A stretch of 62,615 bases of DNA from Bacteroidota bacterium. GTDB lineage: Bacteria > Bacteroidota > Bacteroidia > NS11-12g > UBA955. The notes beneath the pieces were generated by a model. That model made no database searches, had not been told where the DNA came from, and was given only the letters and a program-made list of their open reading frames with translations. Position numbers and translations under genes: made by a program. Position 1 is the first letter of the stretch. Every line of letters begins with the position of its first letter. The DNA is taken from contig JAIXYV010000011.1 in NCBI GenBank assembly GCA_027490055.1, positions 1 through 62,615 on the forward strand. Reading direction: 5' to 3'. Positions 59,940 through 62,615 of the stretch are shown here, one piece after another.

Positions 59940-61334
59940 GTGCTGTTCAATTCCTGGATATTCTTTCTCTTTTTACCCCTGGTTTTTGCCGGCTTTTTTA
60001 GTTTGCCCCACAAATGGCGATGGCTTTTTGCCCTCATCGCTTCTTATGTCTTCTATGGTTGGTGGAAATGGGAATTTCTTATTCTTATAGCTTTTTCTAC
60101 CATCTTCGACTATTTTACTGCTCTGAAAATTGAAGCCTCTGATGTGCCTTCCGTAAGAAAACGATGGCTTGCCTTAAGTCTGTTCATCAATTTAGGAATA
60201 CTTTTTTTCTTCAAATACTTTTACTTTTTTGTTGGAAATACTGAGCCTGTTCAAGCTCTGGCGCACGACCATCAATCTCTAAAAGACTTCATCGATTTCC
60301 TCGGTCGCTCTTTACCAGTCGGTATTTCTTTTTATACTTTTCAAACATTGAGCTATACATTAGATGTATACTACAAAAGAGCCTCTGCTGAAAAACATCT
60401 GGGACAGTTTGCTCTGTTTGTGTCGTATTTCCCGCAGCTGGTAGCCGGACCAATAGAACGATTCACACATCTTAATGATCAACTCAAACAAAAACAAAGT
60501 ATTCTGTACAGCAATCTGCAAGCTGGTTTCAGATTAATACTTTACGGGTTTTTTGTGAAAATGGTAATTGCCGATAACCTGTCTTATACCGTTAGCTCTG
60601 TGTTCGATCAACCAGGTAAATGGGTGTGGTACTGGAACCTTATTGGGGTGCTGGCTTTTGCATTTCAAATTTACGCCGACTTCTTTGGATACTCCCTGAT
60701 AGCCCAAGGTGTCGCTAAATTGTTTGGCGTTAACCTGATGGATAATTTCAATCGTCCCTATCTGGCTAATGGTATCAATGATTTCTGGCAAAGATGGCAT
60801 ATCTCTCTAAGTACCTGGTTCCGCGATTATGTCTATATCCCTTTGGGTGGTAATAGAGTAGGGCAGGCCAAATGGATATTTAATATTCTGGCAGTGTTTT
60901 TATTAAGCGGACTCTGGCACGGTGCCAACTATACCTTTATTATTTGGGGTGCTTTGCATGGTGGCTATTATTTGATAGAACGATTTACGCCTCTTAAAAT
61001 TAAAAACAGTCCGTTTAAAATTCTCATAACTTTTCTGGCTGTGGCTTTTGCCTGGATATTCTTTAGAGCAAATGATATGTCGCAAGCCCTGGATGTTATA
61101 AATGGTGTGATTGGTGTTAATGATGGCGATAGATTGCTGGATACTCAGCCATTTATTTTTATGCTCTTACTGATCTTCGGTGTCCTCGAACTGATGCGAA
61201 AAAACCAGCGCTTCGATGAGTATTGTAACACCTACTCGGCTGTTCAACGCTGGGCACTATACTGTTTTCTCTTGTTTTGTATCCTCACTTTAAGTGGCTC
61301 CGAATACCAGGCCTTTATCTATTTTAAATTCTGA
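59940..61334 (+). CDS. MBOAT family O-acyltransferase (AlgI/DltB-like)
   Basis: MLFNS, LPVGISFYTFQ, FPQLVAGPIER, QIYADF.GYS, FWQRWHISLSTWFRDYVYIPLGG, SGLWHGA. Confidence 0.93.
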   Translation: MLFNSWIFFLFLPLVFAGFFSLPHKWRWLFALIASYVFYGWWKWEFLILIAFSTIFDYFTALKIEASDVPSVRKRWLALSLFINLGILFFFKYFYFFVGNTEPVQALAHDHQSLKDFIDFLGRSLPVGISFYTFQTLSYTLDVYYKRASAEKHLGQFALFVSYFPQLVAGPIERFTHLNDQLKQKQSILYSNLQAGFRLILYGFFVKMVIADNLSYTVSSVFDQPGKWVWYWNLIGVLAFAFQIYADFFGYSLIAQGVAKLFGVNLMDNFNRPYLANGINDFWQRWHISLSTWFRDYVYIPLGGNRVGQAKWIFNILAVFLLSGLWHGANYTFIIWGALHGGYYLIERFTPLKIKNSPFKILITFLAVAFAWIFFRANDMSQALDVINGVIGVNDGDRLLDTQPFIFMLLLIFGVLELMRKNQRFDEYCNTYSAVQRWALYCFLLFCILTLSGSEYQAFIYFKF

Positions 61335-62362
61335 TGCAATGGTCGTTTAAACATATCGCCCCTCGTGTTTTAGCCATTACGGTAACAGTTTTTGTGTCTT
61401 CATGGCTATATAATAAGGTGTTCTGGATACCTGAACTAAAAGATCAGGGACCAATGCTGTATAACTTGATAGAATACCAAAATCACAACGATGTGCTTTA
61501 TTTTGGTGAATCATCTAATTATTGGGTGGCGCCCGAAGATGCGGATAAACGCACCATCAGCGATATGATTAATGATAGTTTAATTGGTGCCCGTTTAAGC
61601 GGTATTCAAGTGCCTGCCTATCATGCAGGAATGTTCCTGCCTGTAATCAAACATATCAATCCCAATAGCAGAGTCAAACACATCGTGGTTACTATGAACC
61701 TGCGCTCTTTTGATAAGCCCTGGATCTTTTCAACTCAGGAAGGTGCTCTGCTAAGAACGCGCTGCTTTTATTATACCACACCTCCTCTCTATAACAGATT
61801 GTGCGCAACACTGGGTTATTACGAAAATCCTAGTGCCGAATTACAAGATGAAAAAATGCTGGAGGCTTTTGAAAAAGATAGTATAAAAGCTAATTTTCCA
61901 CTAGCCTACACCACCGTTAATGCCTGGAAAAATTCTATCGCTTACCTCAATCCCGATGGCTCTACTAACGAAGAAAAACAAGGTCTCGCTCACCATTATG
62001 TTAAAGCCTATGCTTTTTCTATCGATACGCTGAACAATCCTCGTATACGCGACTTCGACGAAATTGTTAATGTTTGTAAATCTAAAAACATCAAAGTGTA
62101 TTTTAATCTCTTATCTGAAAATACGCAATGGGCCGATTCTCTGGTTGGTAAAGAACTCTCAATGCTGATGAGATACAACAGAGATTTACTGGTTAATCGT
62201 TATACCAATCAAGGGGCTGTCGTTATTGATAACCTCGAAGCTGTGCCTGGTAAACACTTCGGTGAAAAAAATTGGACTACCGAACATTACGATCAAACAG
62301 GTAGAGCCATTATCGCCAAAAACGTCTGCAAAGCGCTGGCTTCTGTGCCGAGAAAAAAGTAA
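61334..62362 (+). CDS. SGNH/DltD-like partner of the MBOAT
   Basis: N-terminal anchor, YFGESS block I, TTEHY..GR near the C-terminus; TGATG coupling to the MBOAT gene. Confidence 0.65.
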   Translation: MQWSFKHIAPRVLAITVTVFVSSWLYNKVFWIPELKDQGPMLYNLIEYQNHNDVLYFGESSNYWVAPEDADKRTISDMINDSLIGARLSGIQVPAYHAGMFLPVIKHINPNSRVKHIVVTMNLRSFDKPWIFSTQEGALLRTRCFYYTTPPLYNRLCATLGYYENPSAELQDEKMLEAFEKDSIKANFPLAYTTVNAWKNSIAYLNPDGSTNEEKQGLAHHYVKAYAFSIDTLNNPRIRDFDEIVNVCKSKNIKVYFNLLSENTQWADSLVGKELSMLMRYNRDLLVNRYTNQGAVVIDNLEAVPGKHFGEKNWTTEHYDQTGRAIIAKNVCKALASVPRKK

Positions 62363-62615
62363 AATTGGTCCATTCTTCCTCGCAATTGACCAACATCATT
62401 AATCTTTATTTGTTATTTTTCTGTTAAATTAATCTGACTTACATCATGGTTGATATACGATTAAGTCAATTATTTCAATGCTTATTCCTTATAACAATGT
62501 CATTATAAGTTCCTTCTATTTTATTTAGAATAATTCTAAATTGATTTGGTCGAATAATTTGAATCCTCTAATATTGCAGCACAAAATTTATTTAAAATGA
62601 TTCTAAATAATTGTA

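Noticed and set aside
62598-62615. Possible gene start at the right edge (ATG ATT CTA AAT AAT TGT)
   Set aside because: Too short to support

Overview
Chromosomal window from a member of the phylum Bacteroidota. This is inferred from TAnnTTTG/TAnnTTCG -7 promoter elements, S46/DUF5777/DUF5686/BtuG-type genes, the alaS-M23-MerR cluster and the lack of obvious Shine-Dalgarno sites. It is mostly housekeeping: def, ruvX, lysA, rluF, lnt, rsmI, rnpB (RNase P RNA), lpxB, thiolase, cystathionine beta-synthase, an E2 acyltransferase, rlmH, alaS, pfkA, recN, pyrG, kdsB, and a cobalamin-riboswitch-controlled btuB/btuG/btuF-like operon. I saw no CRISPR array, tRNA, rRNA, transposase or phage genes. Most interesting signals: (1) at 11.1-12.3 kb, two divergent small transcription units share a promoter, 5' leader boxes, a CA-rich 3' element and a terminator, yet encode dissimilar small hydrophobic proteins; (2) a five-gene operon of c-type cytochrome lipoproteins (atypical CX4CH motifs), an OB-fold protein, YceI and a DUF5777 barrel; (3) a stand-alone N-terminal half of IcmF lacking the mutase barrel; (4) a pyrG leader with CCGG at the predicted start site plus competing hairpins; (5) a ceramide-synthase-like GNAT; (6) an unlisted 54-aa two-TM ORF coupled to recN; (7) an A17 run inside rlmH; (8) REP-like hairpin repeats. 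Family names come from motif recognition by eye, not from database searches.
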